Source: Bacteroidia bacterium
Lineage (GTDB): Bacteria; Bacteroidota; Bacteroidia; UKL13-3
Length of the DNA: 64,000 nucleotides
NCBI GenBank assembly: GCA_040403075.1
Contig: JBBALJ010000001.1
Location: forward strand, 18,731 to 82,730
Reading direction: 5' to 3'
The notes beneath the pieces were generated by a model. That model saw only the letters and a program-made list of their open reading frames with translations, was not told the origin of the DNA and did not search any database. Every line of letters starts with the position of its first letter. The first letter of the stretch is position 1. The translations under genes and the position numbers were made by a program. Shown piece after piece: positions 1 to 10,161 of this stretch.

Positions 1-2801
1 CGAAGTCCATCTGTAATTGGAACTCCTATAATTTCATATTGCTGACCTCTGTTATTATATACATCTTCAATTACAGGCCATGCTTGAGCTCCAACAGATT
101 CAATTTTGCGCTTGTAGTGGTCAAACAATTCATCAAATAATTTATCAGCTACTGTATCATGTTTGCCATTTAACAATTCATTTTCAGTAATAGCAGTTTC
201 ATGAGAAAATAGTCTGATTAATTCTAATGTAAATTCAGAATAACTTCTTAAATCTTGGTAAGTTGAAATCAATTCATCACAGATATCGGACATCATATTT
301 TGAATATCTAATTCCAATTTATCTCCATAAAGCGCATTACGTCTTTTCGAATAAATAACTTCTCTTTGAGAATTCATCACATCATCATACTCCAACAATC
401 TTTTACGAATTCCAAAGTTATTTTGCTCCACTTTTCGTTGAGCTCTTTCAATATTTTTAGTAATTAATGAGTGTTCAATGTTTTCGCCTTCTTTCATTCC
501 CAACTTATCCATCACACTAGCTATACGCTCACTACCAAACAATCGCATCAAATCATCTTCAAGTGACACATAAAAACGACTGCTTCCAGGATCACCTTGT
601 CTACCTGCACGTCCTCGAAGCTGTCTATCTACACGTCTTGACTCATGTCTTTCTGTACCTATAATAGCCAAACCACCAGAGTTTTTAACTCCTTCGCCAA
701 GCTTAATATCCGTACCACGACCAGCCATATTGGTAGCAATGGTTACTGTACTTTTTTGACCAGCTTCTGCTACAATATCGGCCTCTCTTTGGTTTTGTTT
801 TGCGTTTAATACGTTGTGCTTAATTTTACGTTGAGATAACATTCTGCTTAACAATTCTGAAACCTCAACAGAAGTTGTACCTACTAAAACAGGTCGACCT
901 GCTTCCGCCAATGCACTTACTTCATCAATTACAGCATTATATTTTTCTCTTCTGGTTTTATATATTACATCATTTTCATCCTTACGAGATATCTTTTGAT
1001 TTGTCGGAATTTCAATAACATCTAACTTATAAATTTCCCACAACTCACCAGCTTCGGTAATTGCAGTACCTGTCATACCAGCGAGTTTATGGTACATCCT
1101 GAAAAAATTCTGTAAGGTTATAGTAGCATACGTTTGCGTTGCGGCCTCTACTTTTACATTTTCTTTTGCCTCAATGGCTTGATGTAATCCATCAGAATAT
1201 CTTCTACCATCAAGCACACGGCCTGTCTGTTCATCTACAATTTTAATCTTGCCCTCTTGTATGATATATTCAACGTCTCTGTCAAACATACAATATGCTT
1301 TTAATAATTGATTGATGGTATGAATCCTTTCAGATTTGATAGTAAAATCAATCATCAATTGTTCTTTTGATTTGATTTTATCTTCATCTGAAATTTCTGC
1401 GCTTTCTATCTGTGCAATGGCACTTCCTACATCAGGAATAATAAAGAAATGAGGATCTTCACCTGAACTGGTAATTAGTTCAACACCTTTTTCTGATAAA
1501 TCTACAGAGTTTTGTTTTTCATCAATTACAAAATACAAGTCAGCATCCACTTTGTGCATTTCCTTCTGCTGATCTTGCAAATAGTAAGACTCTGTTTTTA
1601 ATAGTATTTGTCTAACACCTTGCTCACCTAGATATTTAATTACCGCACTATTCTTAGGTAAACCTCTATGAGCTTGTAACAATTTAAATCCGCCATTTTT
1701 TTCATCACCTGCTGCTAATAATCTTTTAGCATCAGCCAAGGCTGTATTTACAAAGGCTTTTTGTGCATTTACCAATCTTTCTATTCTTGGTTTTAAAGCA
1801 TAAAACTGCTGCTCATCTCCTTTTGGAATAGGTCCTGAAATAATCAAAGGGGTTCTGGCATCATCCACTAAAACTGAATCCACCTCATCCACCATGGCAT
1901 AATGATGTTTGCGTTGCACCAACTCTTCCAAATTGCTGCTCATGTTATCACGCAAGTAATCAAAACCAAATTCATTATTTGTTCCGTATGTAATATCGGC
2001 CAAATAGGCATTTCTTCTTTCAGCAGAGTTAGGTTGATGATAATCAATACAATCAACCCTAAGGCCATGAAATTCAAACAATGGTCCATTCCATTCACAA
2101 TCCCTTCTAGCCAAATAGTCATTCACAGTTACGATATGAACCCCTTGTCCAGCAATAGCATTTAAATAGGCTGGCAAGGTTGAAACCAATGTTTTACCCT
2201 CACCTGTTGCCATCTCCGATATTTTACCACTATGCAGTACCATGCCACCAATAAGCTGCACATCGTAGTGCACCATATTCCAATTAACAGTAGTACCTGC
2301 AGCCTCCCAACTATTTGCCCAAATGGCTTTATCACCTTGAATGGTAACTGGTTTCACAGGTTTGGTAAGGGTTGCCATTTTCTTGTCAAAATCATTGGCA
2401 GTTACTTCAATCGTTTTATTTTCAGAAAATCTTCTTGCAGTTTCTTTCACCACGGCAAATGCTTGCGGAAGCAATTCGTCTAAAACCTCTTCTAACTTAG
2501 CATCTCTATCTTTCTTAAGTTTGTCAATCTCCTTGAACAATGCTTCTTTATCAGAAAGTTTGGTTTCTTCACTTTCTGTTTGAGATTTAACTTCCGCAAT
2601 CTCTTCATCTATGCTAGCAAGTCTCTCAGCAATGATGGCTTTAAACTCAATCGTTTTAGCCCTAAGTTCATCATTACTTAAACTACTTAGTTTTCTATAC
2701 TCTGCATTTATAGCCTCAACTCTAGGGTATAAGGGTTTCAAGTCTCTTTCAGACTTACTACCAAAAATCTTTGTTAATCCTTTAAATAAACTATCTAACA
2801 T
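1..2801 (-). CDS. secA: Preprotein translocase ATPase SecA (partial; C-terminal end lies beyond the left window edge)
   Basis: Minus-strand frame is open from the window edge to an ATG at 2799-2801. It is missing from the ORF track because the stop is off-window. My translation starts [22 protein letters not shown] and contains SecA motor signatures [61 protein letters not shown] and [14 protein letters not shown]. Confidence 0.95.
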   Translation of the reverse strand, partial: MLDSLFKGLTKIFGSKSERDLKPLYPRVEAINAEYRKLSSLSNDELRAKTIEFKAIIAERLASIDEEIAEVKSQTESEETKLSDKEALFKEIDKLKKDRDAKLEEVLDELLPQAFAVVKETARRFSENKTIEVTANDFDKKMATLTKPVKPVTIQGDKAIWANSWEAAGTTVNWNMVHYDVQLIGGMVLHSGKISEMATGEGKTLVSTLPAYLNAIAGQGVHIVTVNDYLARRDCEWNGPLFEFHGLRVDCIDYHQPNSAERRNAYLADITYGTNNEFGFDYLRDNMSSNLEELVQRKHHYAMVDEVDSVLVDDARTPLIISGPIPKGDEQQFYALKPRIERLVNAQKAFVNTALADAKRLLAAGDEKNGGFKLLQAHRGLPKNSAVIKYLGEQGVRQILLKTESYYLQDQQKEMHKVDADLYFVIDEKQNSVDLSEKGVELITSSGEDPHFFIIPDVGSAIAQIESAEISDEDKIKSKEQLMIDFTIKSERIHTINQLLKAYCMFDRDVEYIIQEGKIKIVDEQTGRVLDGRRYSDGLHQAIEAKENVKVEAATQTYATITLQNFFRMYHKLAGMTGTAITEAGELWEIYKLDVIEIPTNQKISRKDENDVIYKTRREKYNAVIDEVSALAEAGRPVLVGTTSVEVSELLSRMLSQRKIKHNVLNAKQNQREADIVAEAGQKSTVTIATNMAGRGTDIKLGEGVKNSGGLAIIGTERHESRRVDRQLRGRAGRQGDPGSSRFYVSLEDDLMRLFGSERIASVMDKLGMKEGENIEHSLITKNIERAQRKVEQNNFGIRKRLLEYDDVMNSQREVIYSKRRNALYGDKLELDIQNMMSDICDELISTYQDLRSYSEFTLELIRLFSHETAITENELLNGKHDTVADKLFDELFDHYKRKIESVGAQAWPVIEDVYNNRGQQYEIIGVPITDGL

Positions 2802-2975
2802 ATCTAATTATTTTGTCTTGAAAACGTATTAAAATCAAGGGCGGTAAAAATAAGGTTTTTGCCCAATTTACCTAAGTATTTATTGAAGATTTAGCTCAAT
2901 AAAACTTTCTCGTAGAGTCATAAATAAAGCCAAAAGCAATTTATAGACAGTTTGGCAGAAGGAGATGAATAATTA

Positions 2976-3599
2976 TTAATTTATAGGTTCAGTAGGTTTG
3001 TTAAGAAGAAATTTTATACCGAACATCAATATCTCGGGGTTTGCCAAACTAAAAAAATCAAATGATTTATAAGAAAAGTCTGGTCCTGATACTGTTGCAA
3101 ATTGAAAAGTATTTACTTTTAAATTTAATGCAATACTTGGTTTAATAAAATAGCTAGCACCACAATTTATCGAAAAACTATTGTGCGAAAAATCATACGC
3201 ATCTGTAAAACTTGAAGTAGCTGAAACATACTTATAGTTACCAGAATTAATTGAAATCTGTGGCATCAAATATAACAAGACCTTAGGGGAAATTGTAAAA
3301 TACCTTTTGAAAAATAAAGATGCTCCATACTTGCTTTGGTTTCTGGTATAATTATTAGTTATTAATGTGGAGTTATTAGCATAATTAATCCCAAGCCCAA
3401 AGCTAATATTTTGATTAAAAGAATACTCATAAGTAGGCTCTATTTTATAACCTGATTGAATAATACTCGTCATCTTATCCGAAGAGTATAAATAGGTAAA
3501 TATTCCATCAAGATTGATAATACTTGAGCCTTTGTTTATTTGGGCATTAAGCATTCTTAAGCCAAACATAAATACCAATAAAAATAATAAGCTTCTCAT
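2976..3599 (-). CDS. Small outer-membrane beta-barrel (porin-family) protein
   Basis: Track ORF 2976..3764 overlaps the proS 3' end. An internal ATG at 3597-3599 gives a signal peptide MRSLLFLLVFMFGLRMLNAQ, followed by alternating aromatic/hydrophilic strand-like segments and a C-terminal aromatic-rich end (FGIKFLL). Confidence 0.6.
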   Translation of the reverse strand: MRSLLFLLVFMFGLRMLNAQINKGSSIINLDGIFTYLYSSDKMTSIIQSGYKIEPTYEYSFNQNISFGLGINYANNSTLITNNYTRNQSKYGASLFFKRYFTISPKVLLYLMPQISINSGNYKYVSATSSFTDAYDFSHNSFSINCGASYFIKPSIALNLKVNTFQFATVSGPDFSYKSFDFFSLANPEILMFGIKFLLNKPTEPIN

Positions 3600-3615
3600 A
3601 AGTGAAACATTCCTT

Positions 3616-5097
3616 TTAGTATGCCTTAGCAAACAATACCCTTTGTTTTGAAGGGTTTCCCGTATAAACACAATTACCGTCTTCCAACGCACTATCCAAA
3701 GGTATACAACGAATGGTAGCCTTGGTTTCTTCTTTAATTTTGGTCTCAGTTTCACTCGTTCCATCCCAATGAGCCAAGATGAATCCTGGTTTATTTTCTA
3801 GAACATGTTTGAACTCGTCCCAAGAATTAACGGGCGTTATATTCTCGCTTCTGAAGTCCAATGCTTTTTGATAGATGTTTTGCTGTATTTGGGTCAACAA
3901 ATGTTCAATTTTATGTGCTAAATCCACCTCTGCCATCACTTGTTTTTCCTTGGTATCTCTTCTTGCCACTTCCACAGTTTGATTTTGAACATCTCTTGGA
4001 CCAATGGCTATTCTAACAGGCACACCTTTCAATTCATATTCTGCAAATTTAAACCCTGGAGATTGTCCTTCTCTATCATCTAACTTCACTGAAATTCCTT
4101 TTGACTTAAGTACTTTGGCATACTCTCTTGCTTTTTCAAGCACAGCAATTTTCTCTTCTTCTTTTCTAAAAATAGGCACAATTACGACTTGGATAGGCGC
4201 CAATTTAGGAGGTAACACCAACCCCTCATCATCACTATGACTCATAATTAGGGCTCCCATCAAACGAGTTGAAACGCCCCAACTTGTTGCCCACACGTAA
4301 TCTTTTTTATTCTCTTTGCTAACAAATTTCACATCAAAAGCCTTGGCAAAATTTTGCCCTAAAAAGTGAGAAGTCCCCATTTGCAAAGCCTTTCCATCCT
4401 GCATCAATCCTTCGATACAAAAGGTTTCATCTGCACCCGCAAATCTTTCATTTTCAGTTTTAACTCCTTTTATTACAGGCACGGCCATAAAATTTTCCGC
4501 AAAATCAGCATATACTTCAAGCATTTGCTTGGTTTCAGCAAGTGCTTCTTCTTTGGTGGCATGGGCTGTATGTCCCTCTTGCCAAAGAAACTCCGCAGTT
4601 CTTAAAAACAACCTGGTTCTCATTTCCCATCTTACCACATTGGCCCATTGGTTAATCAAAATTGGCAAGTCACGATAAGATTGAATCCAATCTCTATAGG
4701 TATTCCAAATAATGGCCTCACTAGTGGGTCTTACAATTAGCTCCTCTTCTAGTTTAGCCTCTGGGTCAACCATAAGTTTACCCTTATTATCAGGGTCAGT
4801 TTTCAAACGATAATGCGTAACAATAGCACATTCCTTGGCAAAGCCCTCTGCATTTTTTTCTTCGGCTTCAAACAAACTTTTTGGCACAAACAATGGGAAA
4901 TATGCATTTTGATGTCCTGTTTCTTTAAACTGTCTATCAAGCTCTGCTTGCATTTTCTCCCAAATAGCGTATCCATAAGGCTTAATAACCATGCAACCTT
5001 TTACAGCAGAATGCTCTGCCAAATCAGCTTGCTTTACCAAATTATTATACCATTCAGAATAATTTTCGCTACGTTTTACTTTTTTTACTTCGACCAT
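3616..5097 (-). CDS. proS: Proline--tRNA ligase (archaeal/eukaryote-like class II type typical of Bacteroidota)
   Basis: 493 aa. N-terminus [39 protein letters not shown] and downstream [45 protein letters not shown] are characteristic ProRS motifs. Confidence 0.95.
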   Translation of the reverse strand: MVEVKKVKRSENYSEWYNNLVKQADLAEHSAVKGCMVIKPYGYAIWEKMQAELDRQFKETGHQNAYFPLFVPKSLFEAEEKNAEGFAKECAIVTHYRLKTDPDNKGKLMVDPEAKLEEELIVRPTSEAIIWNTYRDWIQSYRDLPILINQWANVVRWEMRTRLFLRTAEFLWQEGHTAHATKEEALAETKQMLEVYADFAENFMAVPVIKGVKTENERFAGADETFCIEGLMQDGKALQMGTSHFLGQNFAKAFDVKFVSKENKKDYVWATSWGVSTRLMGALIMSHSDDEGLVLPPKLAPIQVVIVPIFRKEEEKIAVLEKAREYAKVLKSKGISVKLDDREGQSPGFKFAEYELKGVPVRIAIGPRDVQNQTVEVARRDTKEKQVMAEVDLAHKIEHLLTQIQQNIYQKALDFRSENITPVNSWDEFKHVLENKPGFILAHWDGTSETETKIKEETKATIRCIPLDSALEDGNCVYTGNPSKQRVLFAKAY

Positions 5098-5257
5098 ATC
5101 AGGCGCAAATTAATTGAATTCTTGATGAATTTAAAGCCTATTTACTATTAGTATATTTAAGTATTCGAAAAATTAAAAAATGGAACGGTATTTGTATTTT
5201 GATATACAATTAAAAATCAGTATTAATTTTTTACACCAATTATGCTGAAATATCGTT

Positions 5258-5265
5258 TATTTTTG
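5258..5265 (+). promoter_or_regulatory. Candidate Bacteroidota -7 promoter box (TAnnTTTG) for the lipoprotein gene
   Basis: TATTTTTG lies 21 nt upstream of the ATG at 5287. No convincing -33 TTTG/TTG at the expected spacing, so only half of the consensus is present. Confidence 0.2.
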
Positions 5266-5286
5266 AAAGTATAAAATTATAGCACC

Positions 5287-6531
5287 ATGAATAATTTACG
5301 AATTTTATCAATTGTATTATTTACAAGCGTTTTAGCAGCTTGCGGTACTGTGCAAAATAAATACCAATTAGAAGATGATGATGCCTATTTTTCAAGAAAA
5401 CAATCTGGCAAACAAGCTATCATTACTCCTGATGTAGATATTAATAAAATCATGCAACAATACCCTTCAAAAGTCAACGAAGGAACCTTTGACAACAGAC
5501 CGACTGATGTAAATCCAAATGCTGCGATGGCTTATGGAAAATACAGAGCAGATACAGACTCTTTGTATAAGAAAAATCCGCAATTAGCCACAAATTACAA
5601 TCCTTACAAAGCTCCTGTATTTGATGAGCGTGAAGAAGCAAGACGTTTAAGAAGATTAAATAATTTATACAATAACAATTACTCAAATTCATATTGGGGA
5701 TATAACAATTACGGCTGGAATAACTATGGATACAGCAGATGGAATAGTTACTCTCCTAGTTGGAGTTTTGGTTTTGGGTTGAGTCCATTTAACAATTTCA
5801 ACTATGGATTTGGATATAACTTAGGCTGGGGTAATAACAATTTCTGCAACCCGTTTAACAATTTTGGATGGGGGAGCTCATACTACAATAATTGGGGTTA
5901 TTGTCCATTTTATGGTTCAAATAACCCTTATTATGGTGGTTATAATCCATATTATGGCTCAAATTACCCATATTATAACCCAGTAATTATTGATAATAAA
6001 CCAAATGCACCCGCACCCATCAATCGCCCAAGGGTTATGAGTGGTTCAGACATACCACCCACAAGCAATGGAGTTGTTGGCGGTGTTAACGCAACACCCA
6101 GACCAGGACAACTATTGGAAAGAGGTTCCGTGCCTGCTACAGATGTAAATACCATGCCATCTCAATCATTTAACAATGGAGGAGCAACTTTAAAAAGGGA
6201 CGAGTCCGGCACCTACCAATATAATCCTCCAGCTAATTACAACAGAGCAACCGGTGCAACAGAAACACCAAATTACAGTAATTATTCTGGATATAGCAGA
6301 GACAATCAACCTAGCGCACCCTCATTTCGTAGTGATAATAATGTAACACCTAGTGAACAAAGGAATAATAACTACCAAAATAATCAACAACAAACCCCTA
6401 CCTATAATAGACAATACCAACAACCTGAAAATAATTTTTCTCGACCAAGTTACAGTACTCCATCATTTTCAGCTCCATCGGCACCAAGAAATGGCGGTGG
6501 AGGAGGCGGAGGTTCAAGACCTAGAATGTAA
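5287..6531 (+). CDS. Lipoprotein with extreme Asn/Tyr/Gly/Trp-rich and Pro/Ser/Asn/Gln-rich low-complexity regions
   Basis: Lipobox-like signal MNNLRILSIVLFTSVLAAC. The central block is NNNYSNSYWGYNNYGWNNYGYSRWNSY...GYNPYYGSNYPYYNP. The C-terminal half is P/S/T/N/Q-rich and ends in GGGGGGGSRPRM. Confidence 0.7.
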   Translation: MNNLRILSIVLFTSVLAACGTVQNKYQLEDDDAYFSRKQSGKQAIITPDVDINKIMQQYPSKVNEGTFDNRPTDVNPNAAMAYGKYRADTDSLYKKNPQLATNYNPYKAPVFDEREEARRLRRLNNLYNNNYSNSYWGYNNYGWNNYGYSRWNSYSPSWSFGFGLSPFNNFNYGFGYNLGWGNNNFCNPFNNFGWGSSYYNNWGYCPFYGSNNPYYGGYNPYYGSNYPYYNPVIIDNKPNAPAPINRPRVMSGSDIPPTSNGVVGGVNATPRPGQLLERGSVPATDVNTMPSQSFNNGGATLKRDESGTYQYNPPANYNRATGATETPNYSNYSGYSRDNQPSAPSFRSDNNVTPSEQRNNNYQNNQQQTPTYNRQYQQPENNFSRPSYSTPSFSAPSAPRNGGGGGGGSRPRM

Positions 6532-6545
6532 AAATTAATAATTAT

Positions 6546-8012
6546 ATGAAAAAGTTAGTAGTAGCAATCACTTTATTAATAGCTACATGGAAGGGCTTCG
6601 CCCAAAATGTAGAAGACATTGTAAGAATATCAAAAACTGATGCAATTGGCTCAGCCAGGGTACTAGGAGCTGGGGGAGCATGGGGTGCAGTAGGTGCAGA
6701 TTTATCTTCAGCATCAATCAACCCAGCAGGTCTTGGTTTTTATAGAAGAAACGAACTTTTAGGTTCGATGGCTGTTACAGCTAATTATGCAGATGCCTCT
6801 TTTTTGGGTAGCCTCAGAAATGATAGTAGAACAAATTTCAACATTCCCAATATTGGTGCTGTTTTTAGTTATGTAAATCAAGAAAGAGGTAAAGATGCCA
6901 AAACGGGTTGGATTAGCGCCTCATTTGCAGTTGGAATGAATCGACTTGCTGATTTCCAGCAAAACACTTACTATTCTGGAGTTAGCAAAAACAATTCCTA
7001 TGGAGATTACATAGCATTGCAAGCATACGGCAAGGATTCCAATAATTTAAATGATATTCAAAATTTGGCATGGAATACATACCTCATTAATAATACGCCC
7101 AATAAAAGTGATAGTTTTGATTCGTGGTTCGGAAGAAATAACGACAAAAACTATTCTGTAAATCAAATAAAATCCACTCAATTAAGAGGAAATATGAATG
7201 AATGGTATTTTGGTATGGGCAGTAATATCAGCAACTTTTTATACCTAGGTGCAAGTGTGGTTCTAAATACCACTAACATAACAACCAATTCAACATTCAC
7301 CGAGGAGGTAAAAACCAAGTCGATATCCTCAAATCCTTATGTCAATAATGTATATACAACATCAGTAAATACAACAGGTTATGGTGTTGGTGGTAGATTT
7401 GGTATTATCATAAGTCCAATTGACTATTTTAGATTTGGTTTATCATATCAAACTCCAATTAGGGTAAATTTAACCGATGTTTACAGTTCATCAAACACAA
7501 CAAATTTCAGCACAAAATCTTATTCAGCCACAACAGGAGATATTAATAGTACTTATCAAATAATTACGCCAGGCAAGTTAACCTTGAGCGGGGTAATAAT
7601 GATACCTCAGCACGGCTTTATTTCAGCTGATTATGAAATGATTGATTATAGAGATGGACAAATTAAATCAACTGAATTTCAGAATTACTTTGATCCAATT
7701 AATGCGAGTGCCAGACAAAATTTAACGCAAGCAAATAATTTAAGAATTGGAGGTGAATATCGTTGGGATAATTATAGGTTCAGAGCTGGGTACAATTTGT
7801 ATAATTCTCCATATTCAGATGACCATAAAAGCATAAAACAACAATCAATATCTGCAGGATTAGGAATGCTATGGGGCAATGGATACTTCATTGATGCAGC
7901 TTGCGTTAGATCTATGAGTACTATATACAATAGTCCATATGATAAAATTAATTATGCTCAAATTGACTTAACAAAATATACATTTATGTTATCGGGTGGA
8001 ATTAGATTCTAG
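6546..8012 (+). CDS. FadL/PorV-like outer-membrane beta-barrel protein
   Basis: Signal peptide MKKLVVAITLLIATWKGFAQ. N-terminal motif SARVLGAGGAWGAVGADLSSASINPAGLGF is typical of FadL/OMPP1/PorV-like barrels. The terminal residue is Phe (LSGGIRF). It starts 15 nt after the upstream lipoprotein gene. Confidence 0.7.
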   Translation: MKKLVVAITLLIATWKGFAQNVEDIVRISKTDAIGSARVLGAGGAWGAVGADLSSASINPAGLGFYRRNELLGSMAVTANYADASFLGSLRNDSRTNFNIPNIGAVFSYVNQERGKDAKTGWISASFAVGMNRLADFQQNTYYSGVSKNNSYGDYIALQAYGKDSNNLNDIQNLAWNTYLINNTPNKSDSFDSWFGRNNDKNYSVNQIKSTQLRGNMNEWYFGMGSNISNFLYLGASVVLNTTNITTNSTFTEEVKTKSISSNPYVNNVYTTSVNTTGYGVGGRFGIIISPIDYFRFGLSYQTPIRVNLTDVYSSSNTTNFSTKSYSATTGDINSTYQIITPGKLTLSGVIMIPQHGFISADYEMIDYRDGQIKSTEFQNYFDPINASARQNLTQANNLRIGGEYRWDNYRFRAGYNLYNSPYSDDHKSIKQQSISAGLGMLWGNGYFIDAACVRSMSTIYNSPYDKINYAQIDLTKYTFMLSGGIRF

Positions 8013-8030
8013 AAATCAAAGAAGATCCAT

Positions 8031-8061
8031 AAAAAAGCCATTCATTTTGAATGGCTTTTTT
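8031..8061. terminator. Bidirectional rho-independent terminator between convergent genes
   Basis: AAAAAAGCCATTCATTTTGAATGGCTTTTTT. The stem is GCCATTC/GAATGGC with a 5-nt loop, an A-run on one side and a T-run on the other. It sits between the stops at 8012 (+) and 8081 (-). Confidence 0.65.
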
Positions 8062-8080
8062 AATTTAATCTCTTTAATGA

Positions 8081-10057
8081 TTAAGATTGATTTGACAGCA
8101 AATTTTCAACAGTAGTTTTTGAAAGCTCAATTTTTTTGTCAAGGCTCTCGTATACTGAATTTTTGCTTTGAAATTCAGGAACAATCTCTTTCATTTTAGC
8201 AACAATTGCCATTTGATTTTGTTTGTTATAAAGTCCCAACAAGTCATTAGTAGAGTTTTGCACTTCCTGAAAATTATACAACCTTACTTTACCAATCATT
8301 ATTTTAGGGTGATGGGTAGGTAATGTATTTTCACCATCATTTAGCAACTCCTCATATATTTTTTCACCCGGACGTAAACCAGTATAAGCTATATTAATAT
8401 CCTTGCCCAATGTTAAACCTGATAGTTTAACCATTTTCTTGGCCAAGTCTATAATTTTAACAGACTTACCCATATCAAACACAAAAATCTCACCTCCTTT
8501 ACCCATATATCCTGCCTCAAGAACTAATTGGCAAGCCTCAGGTATGGTCATAAAATATCTAGTTATTTCTGGATGTGTAACCGTAATGGGTCCACCTTCA
8601 TTTATTTGTTTACGGAACTTTGGTATAACAGAGCCACTTGAGCCTAAAACATTTCCAAAACGAGTTGTAATAAATTTGGTATTTGCTTTTTGATTTAATA
8701 GTAATTCATTATTCAAAGATTGGACATAAATTTCAGCTATACGCTTAGATGCGCCCATCACATTTGTTGGATTAACTGCCTTATCAGTAGAAACCATAAC
8801 AAACTTTTCAACGCCAAAGTCAATTGATAAATCGGCTATATTTTTAGTCCCCCCTACATTTGTCTTAATAGCTTCCGAAGGATTACTTTCCATCAAAGGA
8901 ACATGTTTATAGGCAGCAGCATGATAAACTATCTCTGGTCTGAATTTCTCGAAAATATTTCGCATTCTGTTCTCGTTTCCAATATCAGCCAATATTAATT
9001 CAGTACACCTTAAAAACTCGTTTTTGTGCTTATCCAATAGCTCATGCTCCAAATCGTATAATTTTATTTCCGAGCTATCAATGGCAACCAATTTCTTTGG
9101 CCTAAAATTAAGTATTTGATTAACCAGTTCGCTACCAATTGAACCTGCGGCTCCGGTTACCATAACAACCTTTCCATCTAATTGGTTGCTAATACCCTGC
9201 TTATCCAATTCAATTGTATCACGTTCAATCAAATCTTCTATGTTAACATTTTTAATCTGATTGAAACTCAATTCTCCATTAATCCATTTCTCTACAGGCG
9301 GAACTGTTCGTACATTCACATTAAAGTTTAAGCACTTTTCTATAATTTCTTGTTTTCTATTTTTACTAAGATTGGTAGGTGTTAGGATAAGTGTATCTAA
9401 ATTGAATTTATTAATTACATTTTCAAAATCATTATCAAAATTATATATCTCAATTCCATCAATTGATTTACGAATTTTCTTTGGGTTATCATCAAAAAAA
9501 GCTGCAACCTTCGTATTTATAGCTCTATATTGATCCAATTTCTTTTTAGTTGTAATTCCAGCCTCACCAGCACCAAATATGGCATAGGTAATTTGTTCGC
9601 CTTTTGCAGATTGATAGGATATTTTCAAGAAGGCAACTTTTACAGCCATTCTAAAAGCGGCAAGTAAAAATGCACTTATAATAAAATCGAGAACAACAAT
9701 TGAAAGTGGAATATAGGCAGTTTTGTCTGGGCTAAATGACCTATAAAAGAAATCAATAGTAATTAATGCTATAGAACTTAAAAGAGTGGTATATAATATT
9801 TTGATGCCATCTTGAACACCTGTATGTCTAACTATACCTGAATACAACCTAAAATAGGTCATAAAGAGCGTTTTGACAATAATCACAACCGGTAAAACTC
9901 TGAAAACAGCCTCAACTAATCTTGAATCAAATTTAAAACTATATCTAAGTACAACAGATAAAATAAAGGCTGCTGCACAGATTCCTAAATCAAAAGCAAA
10001 TATTAGCCATCTAGGAATACTATTCGAGTGATTAAATAATAATTTTAAATACTTCAT
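8081..10057 (-). CDS. Membrane-anchored UDP-HexNAc 4,6-dehydratase (CapD/WbpM/PglF family)
   Basis: 658 aa with an N-terminal region of about 4 TM segments. Two Rossmann regions are present (AIFGAGEAG; VMVTGAAGSIGSEL), plus HAAAYKHVPLMESNP and the VSTDKAVNPTNVMGASKR catalytic region. Confidence 0.9.
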   Translation of the reverse strand: MKYLKLLFNHSNSIPRWLIFAFDLGICAAAFILSVVLRYSFKFDSRLVEAVFRVLPVVIIVKTLFMTYFRLYSGIVRHTGVQDGIKILYTTLLSSIALITIDFFYRSFSPDKTAYIPLSIVVLDFIISAFLLAAFRMAVKVAFLKISYQSAKGEQITYAIFGAGEAGITTKKKLDQYRAINTKVAAFFDDNPKKIRKSIDGIEIYNFDNDFENVINKFNLDTLILTPTNLSKNRKQEIIEKCLNFNVNVRTVPPVEKWINGELSFNQIKNVNIEDLIERDTIELDKQGISNQLDGKVVMVTGAAGSIGSELVNQILNFRPKKLVAIDSSEIKLYDLEHELLDKHKNEFLRCTELILADIGNENRMRNIFEKFRPEIVYHAAAYKHVPLMESNPSEAIKTNVGGTKNIADLSIDFGVEKFVMVSTDKAVNPTNVMGASKRIAEIYVQSLNNELLLNQKANTKFITTRFGNVLGSSGSVIPKFRKQINEGGPITVTHPEITRYFMTIPEACQLVLEAGYMGKGGEIFVFDMGKSVKIIDLAKKMVKLSGLTLGKDINIAYTGLRPGEKIYEELLNDGENTLPTHHPKIMIGKVRLYNFQEVQNSTNDLLGLYNKQNQMAIVAKMKEIVPEFQSKNSVYESLDKKIELSKTTVENLLSNQS

Positions 10058-10161
10058 AATTAAACTATGTCTGCAAAATTAATTACTTATGTATGAATTT
10101 TTCTTTTCACAATAAAATTTTACATTACAAATATAGTATTCTCTTATTCTATTTGACAATT

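Noticed and set aside
1902-2832. Four small plus-strand ORFs (73-87 aa), plus a 60-aa minus-strand ORF in another frame, in the first 3 kb
   Set aside because: All lie inside the clear SecA reading frame on the minus strand. Their translations are low-complexity, so they are spurious.
2802-2975. Possible terminator hairpin (GGGC...GCCC) between the OM-barrel gene and secA
   Set aside because: It has a 4-bp stem with an 18-nt loop, which is not convincing.
2976-3764. Long (262-aa) version of the OM-barrel ORF
   Set aside because: The first 55 codons overlap the 3' end of proS in another frame and encode a basic, non-signal sequence. The internal ATG at 3599 yields a canonical signal peptide, so the short form is preferred.
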